Shown piece after piece: positions 33,893 to 45,615 of a stretch of DNA of 64,000 nt (within the stretch, counting starts at the first letter, position 1; each line of letters opens with the position of its first letter). Origin of the DNA: Strigamia acuminata (Eukaryota); contig OX442314.1 of assembly GCA_949358305.1 (NCBI GenBank), positions 8,060,001-8,124,000 of the forward strand, written 5' to 3'. Below the pieces are notes generated by a model. It ran no database searches. It was not told the DNA's origin and saw nothing but the letters and a program-made list of their open reading frames with translations. The translations under genes were made by a program, and so were the position numbers.

Positions 33893-36800
33893 TGTGACGG
33901 TTACAAAACCGTATTATCCAATGTTCACACTAGATGGCGCTGTTTATCTAACGCGCGCAGTTTAAACTCGAAGAAATTACGAGTTGTATTAAAGAATTAA
34001 TATAAACGTTGTGAATAAAATATACAGTATTTTATTAGACTCCACAAAGTATTATTCACTTGAGATATTGATTCTATTGAATCAATATCACGTTTACTTA
34101 CCTGTCTAAAAGAACCAATCAGACTTTTCTGGACCCAGTTCAATATTAGGTCCGGACTAGTGATCCACGAATCCGTCGATTCAGGCACCTGATTGGCTGT
34201 CGCCAATCTGATTGTTCTCTAGGACTATATAAGCTCTGGTTTTCACCAGCGCGACCCCCTTGGCTTGATTCTGAATATGTTTATATTGTCTGTAGTTGAA
34301 ATGCTGTTATCGCTTGATCTCACTTTCCTATCGACACATCAGGCCTCCTCAGCTCTCAATGGATATGTATTATTACTATCACGTTATTGCTTGTTGTAGG
34401 GCATATCTGGGAAGGCTAACTCCAGTAGACATGTTAACAACATGAAATGGCCCCGTAGCGCTAGCTTGCTGTTCCAAGAGACAGTTAGATTTCGTACGGT
34501 GGCATAGTATATCGCTCATGCACGGGATTGACTAACCCGTTAAACAAATGTCAAACTATATGATCGGTGATAGTCGCATCTATCTGCGCGATTCTCCGAT
34601 CATAGGTCAGATGCTCTGCCAGAGCACATATACGGGAAGTCGAACCTGTTTAACAAATATGGGCGAACCGTATCCCCAGGGTTCCGGTGCAGTGCACTGG
34701 TCCTTCCGTTAAGTAGGCAAGACTTGTCTGAGGTCGGTAAAAGGCCTATACAACTCAAAGACATGAAATTAGAATACACACCTCTGTCAAAACAAAAGTT
34801 GTGTTTGAAATCACATCACACAAAAAATAATCAACATATAACCAAATGTTTATTTTTCCCAATACAATGAACAAAAAATGAATTAAATAAACAAAATTTT
34901 ATGAAAATTGATCAATTTTTTCAGAAGTTATCATGAAAAATGATTGGGCTCTGCAAGACACTAAATTAGAATCCTTAAGAATTAGAGGCATGAAATTAGA
35001 ATATTTATCCTTAATATATTGTAGGTCTGCCTTTTGCATTAATTACTGCCTAAATACATCTGGGCATAGATTCCACCTGGCCACTCTAATACTTGAACCA
35101 ATCTTGAGTAACTTTAGCTGAATGTGCCGGTGCTAAATCATGTTGAAATAAATGACCCGAAAAGCATCATCCCCGTTTTAATGAAGTCAAAAGTCCATCC
35201 ATGAGAATATCTTTTATTTTCCAGCATTAATAGTACTTTCAACTAACAAGAGAGTGCTAATGCCCTTTGCAGCCATGGAACCCCACACCACAACAGATGT
35301 GGGATGCTTCACTGTAGACCTCACACATTTGTGAACATACTCCTCTCCTTTTCTTCGCCGGATTCTGGACCCAGAATCATCAAATGGTATACAAAATCGA
35401 GACTCATCTCACCAAATGACCTTTTTCCACTGATCAACAGTCCATTTCATGTGTTTTCTTGCCCACAATAATCGTTTTCTTCGCTGTTTTGCATTAAGAT
35501 GTGGTTTGCGTTTCGGAACTCGAGACTTGAATCCCATTTCTTTTAGCCTTCTTAATGTTGTGCGAGTTGACACTTGGATTTTAGATGTTTGTTTCCATTC
35601 CTGAGTTATTGCTTCAGCATTCTTGAACCTATTTTTCTTAACAATCTCACAAAGAGAGCTGTCCGTCCGTTTAGATGTTTTACGAGCGCGTTGTTTATAT
35701 TTTTGCTGGTAAAAAATCTCAACACCATTTGCCTTAAATTGTTTTATAACTTTTGACAAAGTTGACTGGGAGCAAGGAATAGCTTTGGCTGTGTCAATTT
35801 GCTTCAGTTTTTGTTGAAATAAAGTAATTATTTTGGTTTTTTCACGATCAGTTAAGTCTGATCGCTTTCCCATCTTGGATTCAATTTGAAGTGACATTGG
35901 CATAATGTAATAACAAATAATGACTATACATTCAGTTTTTGAGCTTGGCTGATTAATTGCAGGTGAGCTTGGGATGATTACACAGTATAAATTGCATTTC
36001 AGCTCAATATTCTAATTTCATGCCTCTAATTCTTGAGGATTCTAATTTAGTGTCTTGCAGGGCCCAATCATTTTTCATGATAACTTGGGAAAAAATTGAT
36101 CAATTTTCATGAAATTTTGTTTATTTAATTCATTTTTTGTTGATTGTATTGGGAAAAATAAACATTTGGTTATATGTTGATTATTTTTTGTGTGATGTGA
36201 TTTCAAGCACAACTTTTGTTTTGACAGAGGTGTGTATTCTAATTTCATGTCTTTGAGTTGTACATAGGCGACACGCCGGGTTGGTAGCCCGCGAGCAATT
36301 GCATTCATACCTTGCGCAAAACAAATACTCGGGTATTGGTAATGCCGATCTGGTAGTCCCCCAGGAACTGTTTACCCAGTGGTTGGTGCCACTGAAAGAG
36401 ACTTGACGCAGAAAACAAATACCCGGTGCCTGATCACGAGATCTTGTCATCGTAAGGCATGCTGGCGGATGGAGCCTCAACAACTCCCACGATGGTCCCC
36501 TCGACTGTCGTGACTGTCCCCGCCCATAGAATAACGATATAACAATTCATTTGTTATATTACACTAATAATGTTTTGTTGATTTGAATACGGAATATTCC
36601 AATGAATATTCCCGACCAAATACGAAGGACTCCTCGTATTAATGGATATCCAAGCTGCGGGACCAAATACGACTCCGTAGCGCTAACTGTGACGATGCCG
36701 CCAAGTCAGCCGCACCACTCGAACAGCATCGCCCGGATCCTCAACCAGTGTAGCCGCCGTTACACTTATTCAGAACCCCAACTCCAGTTGTAATGTTAAT

Positions 36801-36976
36801 AAACATGTATTGAATTACACGAAAATCGTAAGTTATTATATTTGATCACATATTCACATTGTACAGACTTCCGTAGCTTATCTCAGTTAGGTTATTTCTA
36901 GCGTTAGAAAGGTCTTGTTTAAACCGATTTATCTCTTGTAATGGCTAATTATTCAGCCAAAAGTAGAATCGTCACA
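33893..36976 (+). repeat. 3' LTR (about 1.57 kb excluding Tc1) of the truncated Gypsy
   Basis: PPT GGGGGA, then TGTGACGGTT ... CGTCACA; CCAAT and TATATAA signals; same termini as the 9351-18983 element. Confidence 0.8.
34751..36260 (-). mobile_element. Tc1-family transposon, IR/DR type, inactive
   Basis: About 255-bp TIRs (34751-35005, 36007-36260) with an internal CATGAAATTAGAATA direct repeat; TA TSD. Transposase relic at about 35873-35013: MGKRSDL HTH, VIW*DESRF, VKHP..VVWG, FQHDLAPAH, WPG, then a deletion of the SPDLNPIE segment, SMPR. Confidence 0.93.
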
Positions 36977-37021
36977 ATTGACCCTGTACTAATTCCTATA
37001 GTATGCTATACAGGGTGATAC

Positions 37022-40000
37022 TGTAGGTCGGTAGCAGAGGAAAACGACCAAAAAGCACTCGAAACTTCGAGTGTAACGTCGCAAAGGCGTCGCACTACTC
37101 GTACGAACGTGTGGGCGACGTCGGGAGCGAAAAACGAATAAAACGACCGCGCAAATGCGCTTATATGTCGTGCAATAAACCAGGCAGTGTTTAAAAACAT
37201 AAAAATAAGTTTACTAAACCAAAATACTTACAAATGAAGTCATTACAAAGTGAAAACATAAGGGCGAGAGCCAAAGCGATGGTCGCCGCCATCTTGGAAG
37301 GTGATGAGAATACTAACGACACCTGGTGTCGTGAAAACGAATTACATAATCAAACAAAGCTTGAATTAAGAGAAAACACTGGACACAGCATGATACTGTG
37401 TGTTAAATAGTAATAAACAAATGTAAAATATCTAAATAAGCAAATATCATCGGATATAAATAAGTACGGGATAAATACATCGAGATTAGATAATTAGGCA
37501 ATGAGAATGTGATTTTATGTCACATCGACACAGATTTTATGTCACATCGACACAACTGGCGGTCCAATAGACCAACAATTCCCCCTTTCGATGGAGATAG
37601 AATCAGGGGAAACGAAAAACAGTTACTGGAGTTACAGTAGATAAAGATAATCGAAAATAAACAATAAAGTCGAATCGCCGAGCCGGGTACTGTTATTGAA
37701 AACGCCACGTAGGCCCGAATATTCCCGCAGAAACTCGGTGATCCTCGAAGTCGGGTAAATAACGAAAGAATGTCACGATAAAGTCTAAAGTCGGAACACA
37801 CGGGAGATCAACGACTGAAGACGCTCAGAACTGAGCCACTTAGTGAATATGTCCGCGACGTTGTGCTCGCTGGACACTTTTCGGAGATCAAAACAGCCTG
37901 CCGTAAACCATTCCCTGAGCCAGTGATACTTGACGCGGATATGCTTCGTCTTCGAGTTTTCCACGTCGTTGGATGTGAATTGTATGCTGGCTAAGGCATC
38001 GGAGTAAATAATCGGACGAGACAGGCGGTTCAAAATCGGGAATTCGGTGAAGATGTTATCGAGCCAAAAGGTTTCCTTCACGCATTCAACTAGGGCGAGG
38101 AATTCGGCTTCCATAGTTGAACACGCGACAGTCGATTGTTTTCGACACGACCAGCCAATTGGCACATTCCCGATATATGTAATGTAGCCACCGAAACTTA
38201 AAGATGTCGCCAAATCGCTAGCCCACGATGCATCCGTATACGCCCATAATTGGCTTGACGCACAATTCGAAAGTTCGATACGGTAATCAATAGTATTTGC
38301 TGCGTACTGGAGAACTTGAAGGAGCGCACGGATGTGGGTGTTATCGTAGCAAGTGTTGAATTGCGAAAGCGATATGACGGAAAATAAGATGTCGGGGCGA
38401 GTTCGTGATGCCAGAAAAAGCAGTGACCCGATAAGCGAGCGGTAGGGAAAATCGATCAGGTCCTCTGTCGATGCTCGAACTAATGTTGTTCCGGGTGTCA
38501 CTGGCACTTTCACGAGTCGATTTGTCGATGTACCGTACTTCTGAACGAGTTTAGCGATGTATGCACGTTGGGAGATGTAAGTGCGTCCCAATTCGCGGAT
38601 AAACTCGACTCCTAGCAGTTTGGTGATTGGGCCGAGGTTGACTATGTCGAATTTCGAAGTAATAAGTCGAATAATCCGGTCCAAAACACTGTCGGCTGCG
38701 TAGAAAAGTACAATATCATCGACGTAGACTAACATAACCGCGCAATTGCCGTAGATGTAAACGCAATTGCATGCGGGCATTTTCCGGAATCCGAGGGCTC
38801 GAAGTGCTTCGTCCAGTTTCAAATACCACTGTCGGCCAGACTGGTGGAGTCCGTAAAGAGATTTCACGAGTAACCAAACGTTGTCGGGGTGATTACAGGT
38901 GGCACCTGCCGGGATGCGCATATAGACCTTGTGCTCCAGGTCCCCGTACAGGTATGCACATTTGACGTCGAGGTGTGCATCTTTCCATCCTCGTAGCACT
39001 ACCAAAAGGCAAAAGAATAGACGAATGAGGACGAAATTTACAACTGGACTAAAGACTTCGTCGTAGTCGATTCCGAAGGTTTGGCGAAAGCCTTGGGCGA
39101 CAAGTCGAGCACGATATCGAGTAATCTTGCCGGTCGCATCTGATTTGAGTTTGAAGATCCATTTGCAACCCAGGATGGTCGTATCGGGCGGTTTCGGCAC
39201 TTCGACATAGATTTCCCGCTCCTTAAAAGTTCCTAACTCTTCACCGATGGCTTCATGCCACTTTGGAGCGTCGTCGAATTTGGGAATTTCCGCATACGAT
39301 GACGGTTCGGTGCGACAGAGGTGAGCGGCATGTCGAGCTGGAGGAATCAATGGTAGTGTATGCTCCATATTGCCGAAAAAGAATAACTCGGGGTCGTAAG
39401 GGAGATTGTTCATAACACAGAACTCTTCGACGTCTCTGCGAGATCGAAGTCGGAGGCCGGGTTCCGGGAAGTAGTAGACGTCGATGTCTATCGAACCTGG
39501 CTGTTGATCTTTGCGTAGATGTTCTTCGCGAATCCATTTACGAAATGCTGTGTTTCCGCCGACATAACGCCAATAGAATGATGTCTTGCCGGCAGAAGGA
39601 GCTGCAACATGTGTTGCGCCAGGAGGCAATGGAGACATTTGCCCCTGATCGAAGATTGGCATTGTGTGCTGTAAGATGTTCGGGCCGGCTTTCCTACGTA
39701 ACGTGATGAAACGATTTGGGGAAGTCGGTGGTGAAAGGCCGGGGGAACTGACATTGGACGTTTCCGGTGACACGTGTGCAGACTGATTCGGTCGCAATTC
39801 TTCCGCGTCCGGTTGAACCGCAAATTCCTCGATCTGCTCGGCGTCATCGTCGGTGTCCTGCCCTTCAGCTATCTGTTCGTGTTCCTCATTAGTAATCGTA
39901 TGTGATACAGAACCACGAGCTGGAGTCGGCAATGTTGATGCACAAAGTTCTAATAACTGTCGTTCCGGCGTTGATGGGGGTGGAATATGAACAATCGGTA

Positions 40001-43000
40001 TCGGTGGCGTCTTTGATTTGGAAGCCGACTTGGATACAGCTTTGTCTTCGGATATCGAATGTTCGTCATCTGATGCTGGTTTGATCGACCAGTTTGCATA
40101 TTCGATGGTGTCGTTGAATGACACTCTTTGTTGCTCGTTGTTGGGTTCATAGAAGGATTCATTATTGCCATTTGGTACGCTTCGTAAGGATTTGCGATAC
40201 GATTGATGTTCGTCTATGCGGACATGTGCAGACTCCGTGACCTTGTTATCAATGGGATTCCAAATTCTATAGCCACGAGTTGCAACCGCGTACCCAACGA
40301 GATATCCTTCCCATGCGCGTGGATCAAGCTTTTTACGGCCCGGCGCTGTGTAGTGGACCCAACATTTGGATCCGATCTTTCGTAAGTGTCGGAGAGATAA
40401 CGCTCGCTCACGCCAAAGTACATAGGGGACTTGATTCTTCAAACGTGAGTGAGGGCTTCTGTTCTTGATATAAGCGAAAGTCACTGCAAGCTCTGCCCAT
40501 AAACCGGCCGGAAGTTTGGTTTCTTCATGAATCGCGCGGATGTTGTCTGCCATCGTTCTGTTAATGCGTTCGGCCGTTCCATTCATTTGTGGGCTCGATG
40601 GGTTCGTTCGCTGCCCTTGGATCCCTTTGTCTTTCAAATAGCGCTCGAATTCATTGGACATGAATTCCCCGCCACGGTCTGTGCGAATGGCTTTGATTGT
40701 TGTATTCGCAACCCGTTCGACTCTCGCGGCGAAGTCCTTAAAGCATGCGAAGACTTGGGACTTCTGCGCTAATGGGGTGATCCAAGCATATCGTGTAGCG
40801 TCATCAATGATCGTTAAAACGAAACGAGCTCCACCGAAAGATGTTGCAGGAGCCGGCCCCCACACGTCCATATGCAGGAGGTCGAGTGCTTTGGTAGTAC
40901 TCGGGTGAAGGTCCGGTTTGTGCGAAATTTTAATCGATTTTGCAAGACGACAGTCATTGCAAGCGAGTTCTTGTTTTACTTCTCCCGGTTCCATTCCGTA
41001 TACTTGTTCGTTGTTTGCCAACAGGCGCATTGCATTTGTGTGCAAATGCCCTAATCTGCTATGCCATAGCCCCGTAGCATCCTTTACGGTTGCAGGATTA
41101 GCAATTGCCTTCTTTGGTGACTTAGAAGGATTGCTCGGAGGAGGAGGTATGGCAGGAGGAGTATTAGGTAATGGCGTTGTCGGAATGGATTGGAGAACGT
41201 TGGAATAGGATTGGATAGGAGGATCTGGTTGGATAGGCGTGGATTGGGGAACAGGCAGAGACTGGGTCGGATTGGAAATTTGATTCTGAATTTGCTTCGG
41301 AATCGGCGGCATTTCTATTCGAAAATCCGTGTTGCCTCCTTGTCTCGATTTCCCCTTCTTTGGTTTTGGAATGTTCTCAAAATCCACTTCTGTGGTGACA
41401 TAAGTCAGCGCCGGCGTTTGCTGAATGGGTGTCGGAATTATCGTCGACACTGGGGTCGAAATTACCGCAGACACAGAAGGAGTCGAACATAAACCGTCCA
41501 CATAATATAATCCAGCCTTCTCCTTCGCCCGAAGAATAGAACTTCGAATGTCCGATTGATAGATGTTGACTTCACCGTTGTAGAAATGTATGTGATGACG
41601 TGTTTTGTCGATTTTGGAAACCGAAATCAAATTGGCCTCGAAATTCGGTGCAAAAAGTACATTTGTCAAATTCACAATGCAATTGCAGTCATCTATCCTG
41701 GTTAGAAGTCGGACATTTCCTTTTCCAGTCACTTTGGACTTGCCTTGTCCGAGTTCGATGTCGAAAGGCACGATGTCCACAAAATCCGTAAACCAAGCTC
41801 GAACATAGGAGACGTGGTCCGTCGCGCCACAGTCGACAATCCATTCATTGGATTGCATGAAATGTGCAACTGGGCGCGCTGGGGCTTGTGGGGCACTGGC
41901 GAAGAATGTCCCTTCTCGTGTTGGACGAGAACAACCACGCGGACGCGTATCGTCGGGCTTGGGCGCGGCGTTTTTGTTGCGCTTCTTGCTCTTGCTTCGA
42001 GAGCGTTGGAAAGAAGCCGATGCCGGGGGTTGATTGTGATCCTCCCGTCGTGGATGGGGACACTTGTTCGCGTAGTGGCCCATCTCATTACAATTGAAAC
42101 ATTTAATTTCCGATAACGGTCGACGAGGACGAGAATTCTTTCGGGATTGTTGGCCTTTTACAGACGAATGCACAGAAGACGAGTGTACATTATGCAATCC
42201 CATCGGTTTCAACCGTAGATATTCGGAAATCAATTGTTCGGCAACTTTAGTCGGAGTGAATTCTGGATCGGGCCAGTGATATATGGCGAACGTTGCCTGT
42301 GCGTATTCGGGCGGTAGTCGGTTGAGGTACTGGTATGCATGGTGATCATCTGTCGTAACCTCTTTGATGTCGGCTAATTGACGAACAAAATGATCCACTC
42401 GATTGATGAAATCCTGCATTTCCTCATTGGGTTCGAGATGCAAAGTCAAGAACTCCGACCGTAATGCTGCCCGTCGCGCCCGCGAACTAGGCGCGTACGC
42501 TTTTGCCAGGACGTCCCATGCCTGTTTGGGAGTGTCACAATTGTCCAGGGCTGAACGTTTCGGTTCGCTGACATACATGTAGATGTGTCCGAGAGCTTTG
42601 TCCTTTTTAACCATGTAACGTTCTTTCTCTTTGTCCGTTAAAGTCAAAAGATGATCGGCCTCCTTCTCCTCCGTTACATGCCTCCAAAGGCCCTCGGATT
42701 TCAAAAGCATCCGCATCGCTCTCTGCCAGGGCTCATAATTCCCGACAGAGAGGATGGGAATCCGGCTGACCGTCGTTTCCATTGTCTTTTGCATCGTTGC
42801 GAAGACTCGGCGCACCGCACAAAGCACACGGACTCAGGAGAATGGTATAACGGCGATCGAAGCACTTCACTAAGGCACAGAAGGTGTGGACGAATGTTTG
42901 TTCACACAAAATCGTTGCACTATTCACTAAATCACCTCCCACGTGGTTCAAAGCGGATATCACCAGAAGGGGAGCCGATGCTACAATCGGCTGAGAACCT

Positions 43001-44301
43001 AAAGCAAGTGTCCCCCTAGCTTCCTTTATAGCCTCCTGGGGCTGCGGGAGTGCTAGGTGGCGCAGGGCTCAGCCTTGCTTTAGAATACAAACACCGCTTG
43101 GACAGACTTGTCCGTAGGGCAGTGCCGATACTAATAGTGTCCCACTCCAAAATACCCACTTAAAATTAACAAAGTTTCACGAAATGAAGGAGAAATAGAT
43201 GAATCGCTGTGGGTTGTCACACAGCCTCGTGCAATCAGATAACACGGCACAGTTCTCTCGAAGAACTGAGAAAAACGCAATTTGGATTCGAAAATCCAAA
43301 TTCTTCTCGATTTAAATCGAGGCTCTTCACTTAAAGCATTGAAAATCGTCGTTTTTTAAGTTCGGCGATACTGTGCACACGCCGGGGTGTGACACAGCAA
43401 GAATTAATCTCGTTTCTCGATGGCGGACGTCCGCTCGACGTCGTCGAATCGAAGAACGTCGTCGAAACGTCGGAAATCTGCAAAAAACAAAATCGCCGCA
43501 AAATTCGCGAAACCCGCGGAATTTTCGGCGATAATTAATGAAAATAACTGGTGCACAACGTCGTCAAGGCGTTGTGTGGATGTAGGCGTCGTCTCACGTC
43601 GTGAAACATCCGAAAAATGCCGGAAATCGTCGCGGAAACCTAAAAATACAAAATTGCCGCGAAATTCGCGAAATTCGCGGAATTTTCGGCAATAGTTAGT
43701 GGAAAAATAGCGTGCAAAGGATGAGAACCATCCTCTGCTACCAATTGTAGGTCGGTAGCAGAGGAAAACGACCAAAAAGCACTCGAAACTTCGAGTGTAA
43801 CGTCGCAAAGGCGTCGCACTACTCGTACGAACGTGTGGGCGACGTCGGGAGCGAAAAACGAATAAAACGACCGCGCAAATGCGCTTATATGTCGTGCAAT
43901 AAACCAGGCAGTGTTTAAAAACATAAAAATAAGTTTACTAAACCAAAATACTTACAAATGAAGTCATTACAAAGTGAAAACATAAGGGCGAGAGCCAAAG
44001 CGATGGTCGCCGCCATCTTGGAAGGTGATGAGAATACTAACGACACCTGGTGTCGTGAAAACGAATTACATAATCAAACAAAGCTTGAATTAAGAGAAAA
44101 CACTGGACACAGCATGATACTGTGTGTTAAATAGTAATAAACAAATGTAAAATATCTAAATAAGCAAATATCATCGGATATAAATAAGTACGGGATAAAT
44201 ACATCGAGATTAGATAATTAGGCAATGAGAATGTGATTTTATGTCACATCGACACAGATTTTATGTCACATCGACACAACTGGCGGTCCAATAGACCAAC
44301 A
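37022..44301 (-). mobile_element. Ty1/copia LTR retrotransposon B (MBD-containing), complete
   Basis: 556-bp LTRs 37022-37577 and 43746-44301 appear identical; 5-bp TSD GATAC; tRNA-iMet PBS at 43726-43743; PPT at about 37580-37589. Confidence 0.98.
37785..42794 (-). CDS. Copia Gag-Pol polyprotein with MBD, intact
   Basis: Start MQKTMETT aligns with MQKSSELS of element A; same CCHC, DCGAT, integrase, YVDD and RNase H motifs. Confidence 0.97.
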   Translation of the reverse strand: MQKTMETTVSRIPILSVGNYEPWQRAMRMLLKSEGLWRHVTEEKEADHLLTLTDKEKERYMVKKDKALGHIYMYVSEPKRSALDNCDTPKQAWDVLAKAYAPSSRARRAALRSEFLTLHLEPNEEMQDFINRVDHFVRQLADIKEVTTDDHHAYQYLNRLPPEYAQATFAIYHWPDPEFTPTKVAEQLISEYLRLKPMGLHNVHSSSVHSSVKGQQSRKNSRPRRPLSEIKCFNCNEMGHYANKCPHPRREDHNQPPASASFQRSRSKSKKRNKNAAPKPDDTRPRGCSRPTREGTFFASAPQAPARPVAHFMQSNEWIVDCGATDHVSYVRAWFTDFVDIVPFDIELGQGKSKVTGKGNVRLLTRIDDCNCIVNLTNVLFAPNFEANLISVSKIDKTRHHIHFYNGEVNIYQSDIRSSILRAKEKAGLYYVDGLCSTPSVSAVISTPVSTIIPTPIQQTPALTYVTTEVDFENIPKPKKGKSRQGGNTDFRIEMPPIPKQIQNQISNPTQSLPVPQSTPIQPDPPIQSYSNVLQSIPTTPLPNTPPAIPPPPSNPSKSPKKAIANPATVKDATGLWHSRLGHLHTNAMRLLANNEQVYGMEPGEVKQELACNDCRLAKSIKISHKPDLHPSTTKALDLLHMDVWGPAPATSFGGARFVLTIIDDATRYAWITPLAQKSQVFACFKDFAARVERVANTTIKAIRTDRGGEFMSNEFERYLKDKGIQGQRTNPSSPQMNGTAERINRTMADNIRAIHEETKLPAGLWAELAVTFAYIKNRSPHSRLKNQVPYVLWRERALSLRHLRKIGSKCWVHYTAPGRKKLDPRAWEGYLVGYAVATRGYRIWNPIDNKVTESAHVRIDEHQSYRKSLRSVPNGNNESFYEPNNEQQRVSFNDTIEYANWSIKPASDDEHSISEDKAVSKSASKSKTPPIPIVHIPPPSTPERQLLELCASTLPTPARGSVSHTITNEEHEQIAEGQDTDDDAEQIEEFAVQPDAEELRPNQSAHVSPETSNVSSPGLSPPTSPNRFITLRRKAGPNILQHTMPIFDQGQMSPLPPGATHVAAPSAGKTSFYWRYVGGNTAFRKWIREEHLRKDQQPGSIDIDVYYFPEPGLRLRSRRDVEEFCVMNNLPYDPELFFFGNMEHTLPLIPPARHAAHLCRTEPSSYAEIPKFDDAPKWHEAIGEELGTFKEREIYVEVPKPPDTTILGCKWIFKLKSDATGKITRYRARLVAQGFRQTFGIDYDEVFSPVVNFVLIRLFFCLLVVLRGWKDAHLDVKCAYLYGDLEHKVYMRIPAGATCNHPDNVWLLVKSLYGLHQSGRQWYLKLDEALRALGFRKMPACNCVYIYGNCAVMLVYVDDIVLFYAADSVLDRIIRLITSKFDIVNLGPITKLLGVEFIRELGRTYISQRAYIAKLVQKYGTSTNRLVKVPVTPGTTLVRASTEDLIDFPYRSLIGSLLFLASRTRPDILFSVISLSQFNTCYDNTHIRALLQVLQYAANTIDYRIELSNCASSQLWAYTDASWASDLATSLSFGGYITYIGNVPIGWSCRKQSTVACSTMEAEFLALVECVKETFWLDNIFTEFPILNRLSRPIIYSDALASIQFTSNDVENSKTKHIRVKYHWLREWFTAGCFDLRKVSSEHNVADIFTKWLSSERLQSLISRVFRL

Positions 44302-44713
44302 GATACTGTACCAATAATCACGTATAGTATTGTGTGGTAATTCATATAGGGTAATATTATAGTTATTAATCTTATAGTAATCCTATAGTATTCTGTGTAG
44401 TGTAACCCTACACATAGGTTAAACCTATAGTTTGCTATATGTTGACCCTATAGGATATTCTACCATATAAAACACCCTATAGTATACTATAGGAATTTTT
44501 CATATGGGTAAAACGACCGTTTTTGTTTAGAACCTAATTAAAACGAACCGCAAAAGCTAGTTTAGCTTTAAAACTTATTTAAAACTATCTTTTTTGGTTT
44601 AAAACCAAATTGAAACAAGTTTTAAACGATAGTTTTAAGTAAAACCAAGTTTGAACGAACCACAAAAGCTCGTTTCGCTTTAAAACTAACTTAAAACTTG
44701 TTCAAAACGATCA

Positions 44714-45212
44714 TTTTAGACTTCTAAACTCTATGTTTAGAAAGTCTCATGAAACGGTCATGTCCGTCCGTCTGTCCGTCAACCACGATTCCGCAAAAAC
44801 TACCGCAGCTAGAGCGAAACGGACAACAGCATTAAATCGAGCATACCTATATTAGTATCCTAAGATATTTTCAGATTTCTCCGACCTCCGGTTGAATTAA
44901 TAAACCGGTTTTAGTGCATTTTTAGCGGTGTATTCCATGAAAATTACGGAAATGACGTTATCATGACGACGTCATTTCCGTAATTTTCATGGAATAGACT
45001 TGGGACAGACGGAAAACGGAAAACGAGAAACGGGAAATTATAACGACGGAAATGCGAAGCTAGTGAAACGTTCGTTGTACGCAAATCATTCAAAATTTGA
45101 ATGATTTAATTGCGAAATTGGTTGTTTTGTGTTGTTATTATTTTTTTAATTAGGGGCAGGGTTTAGAAGTCTCATGTGTAATGCTTCTCTGCATTACAAA
45201 TCCCTGCTTGTT
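44714..45212 (+). mobile_element. DINE-1/HINE-like non-autonomous Helentron
   Basis: Subterminal IR AGACTTCTAAAC (44718) / GTTTAGAAGTCT (45161); nearby partial IR at 44735; GTCY microsatellite at 44762-44780; 3' hairpin TGTAATGC..GCATTACA at 45177-45198; T-rich flanks. Confidence 0.75.
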
Positions 45213-45615
45213 TGGTTTAAAATCAGATTAAAACAAGTTTTAAACAATCGATTTAAGTAAAACCAAGTTTTAACGAACCACAAAAACTCGTTTTGCTTTA
45301 AAACTAACCTAAAACGAGTTTAAAACGATTTTTTTAGGGTTAAAACCAACTTAAAACGACCGTTTTTGTTTAGAACCTAATTAAAACGAACCGTAAAGGC
45401 TAGTTCGCTTTAAAACTAACTTAAAACTTGTTTAAAACTATCTTTTTTGGTTTAAAACCAAATTAAAACAAGTTTTAAACGATCGTTTTAAGTAAAACCA
45501 AGTTTTAACAAACCACAAAAGTTCGTTTCGCTTTAAAACTAACCTAAAACGAGTTTAAAACCAACTTAAAACGACCGTTTTTGTTTAGAACCTAATTAAA
45601 ACGAACCGTAAAAGT

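Larger units (their letters stand above)
28204..44508. mobile_element. Non-autonomous TIR DNA transposon (CACTA/CMC-like, CCC ends) hosting about 15 kb of nested insertions
   Basis: 13-bp TIR CCCATATGAAAAA / TTTTTCATATGGG; TA duplication inside the repeat unit AACCAACTTAAAACGACC; CCTATAG subterminal repeats at 28220-28400, 36990-37010 and 44320-44495. Confidence 0.75.
20578..45615. repeat. AT-rich complex tandem repeat array, split into pieces (20578-20744, 27889-28203, 44509-44713, 45213-45615) by insertions
   Basis: Recurring AAAACCAAATTGAAACAAGTTTTAAACG and AAAACGACCGTTTTTGTTTAGAACC units resume in register across the two TIR-element insertions; the same family occurs at about 48000-48820. 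Confidence 0.8.
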
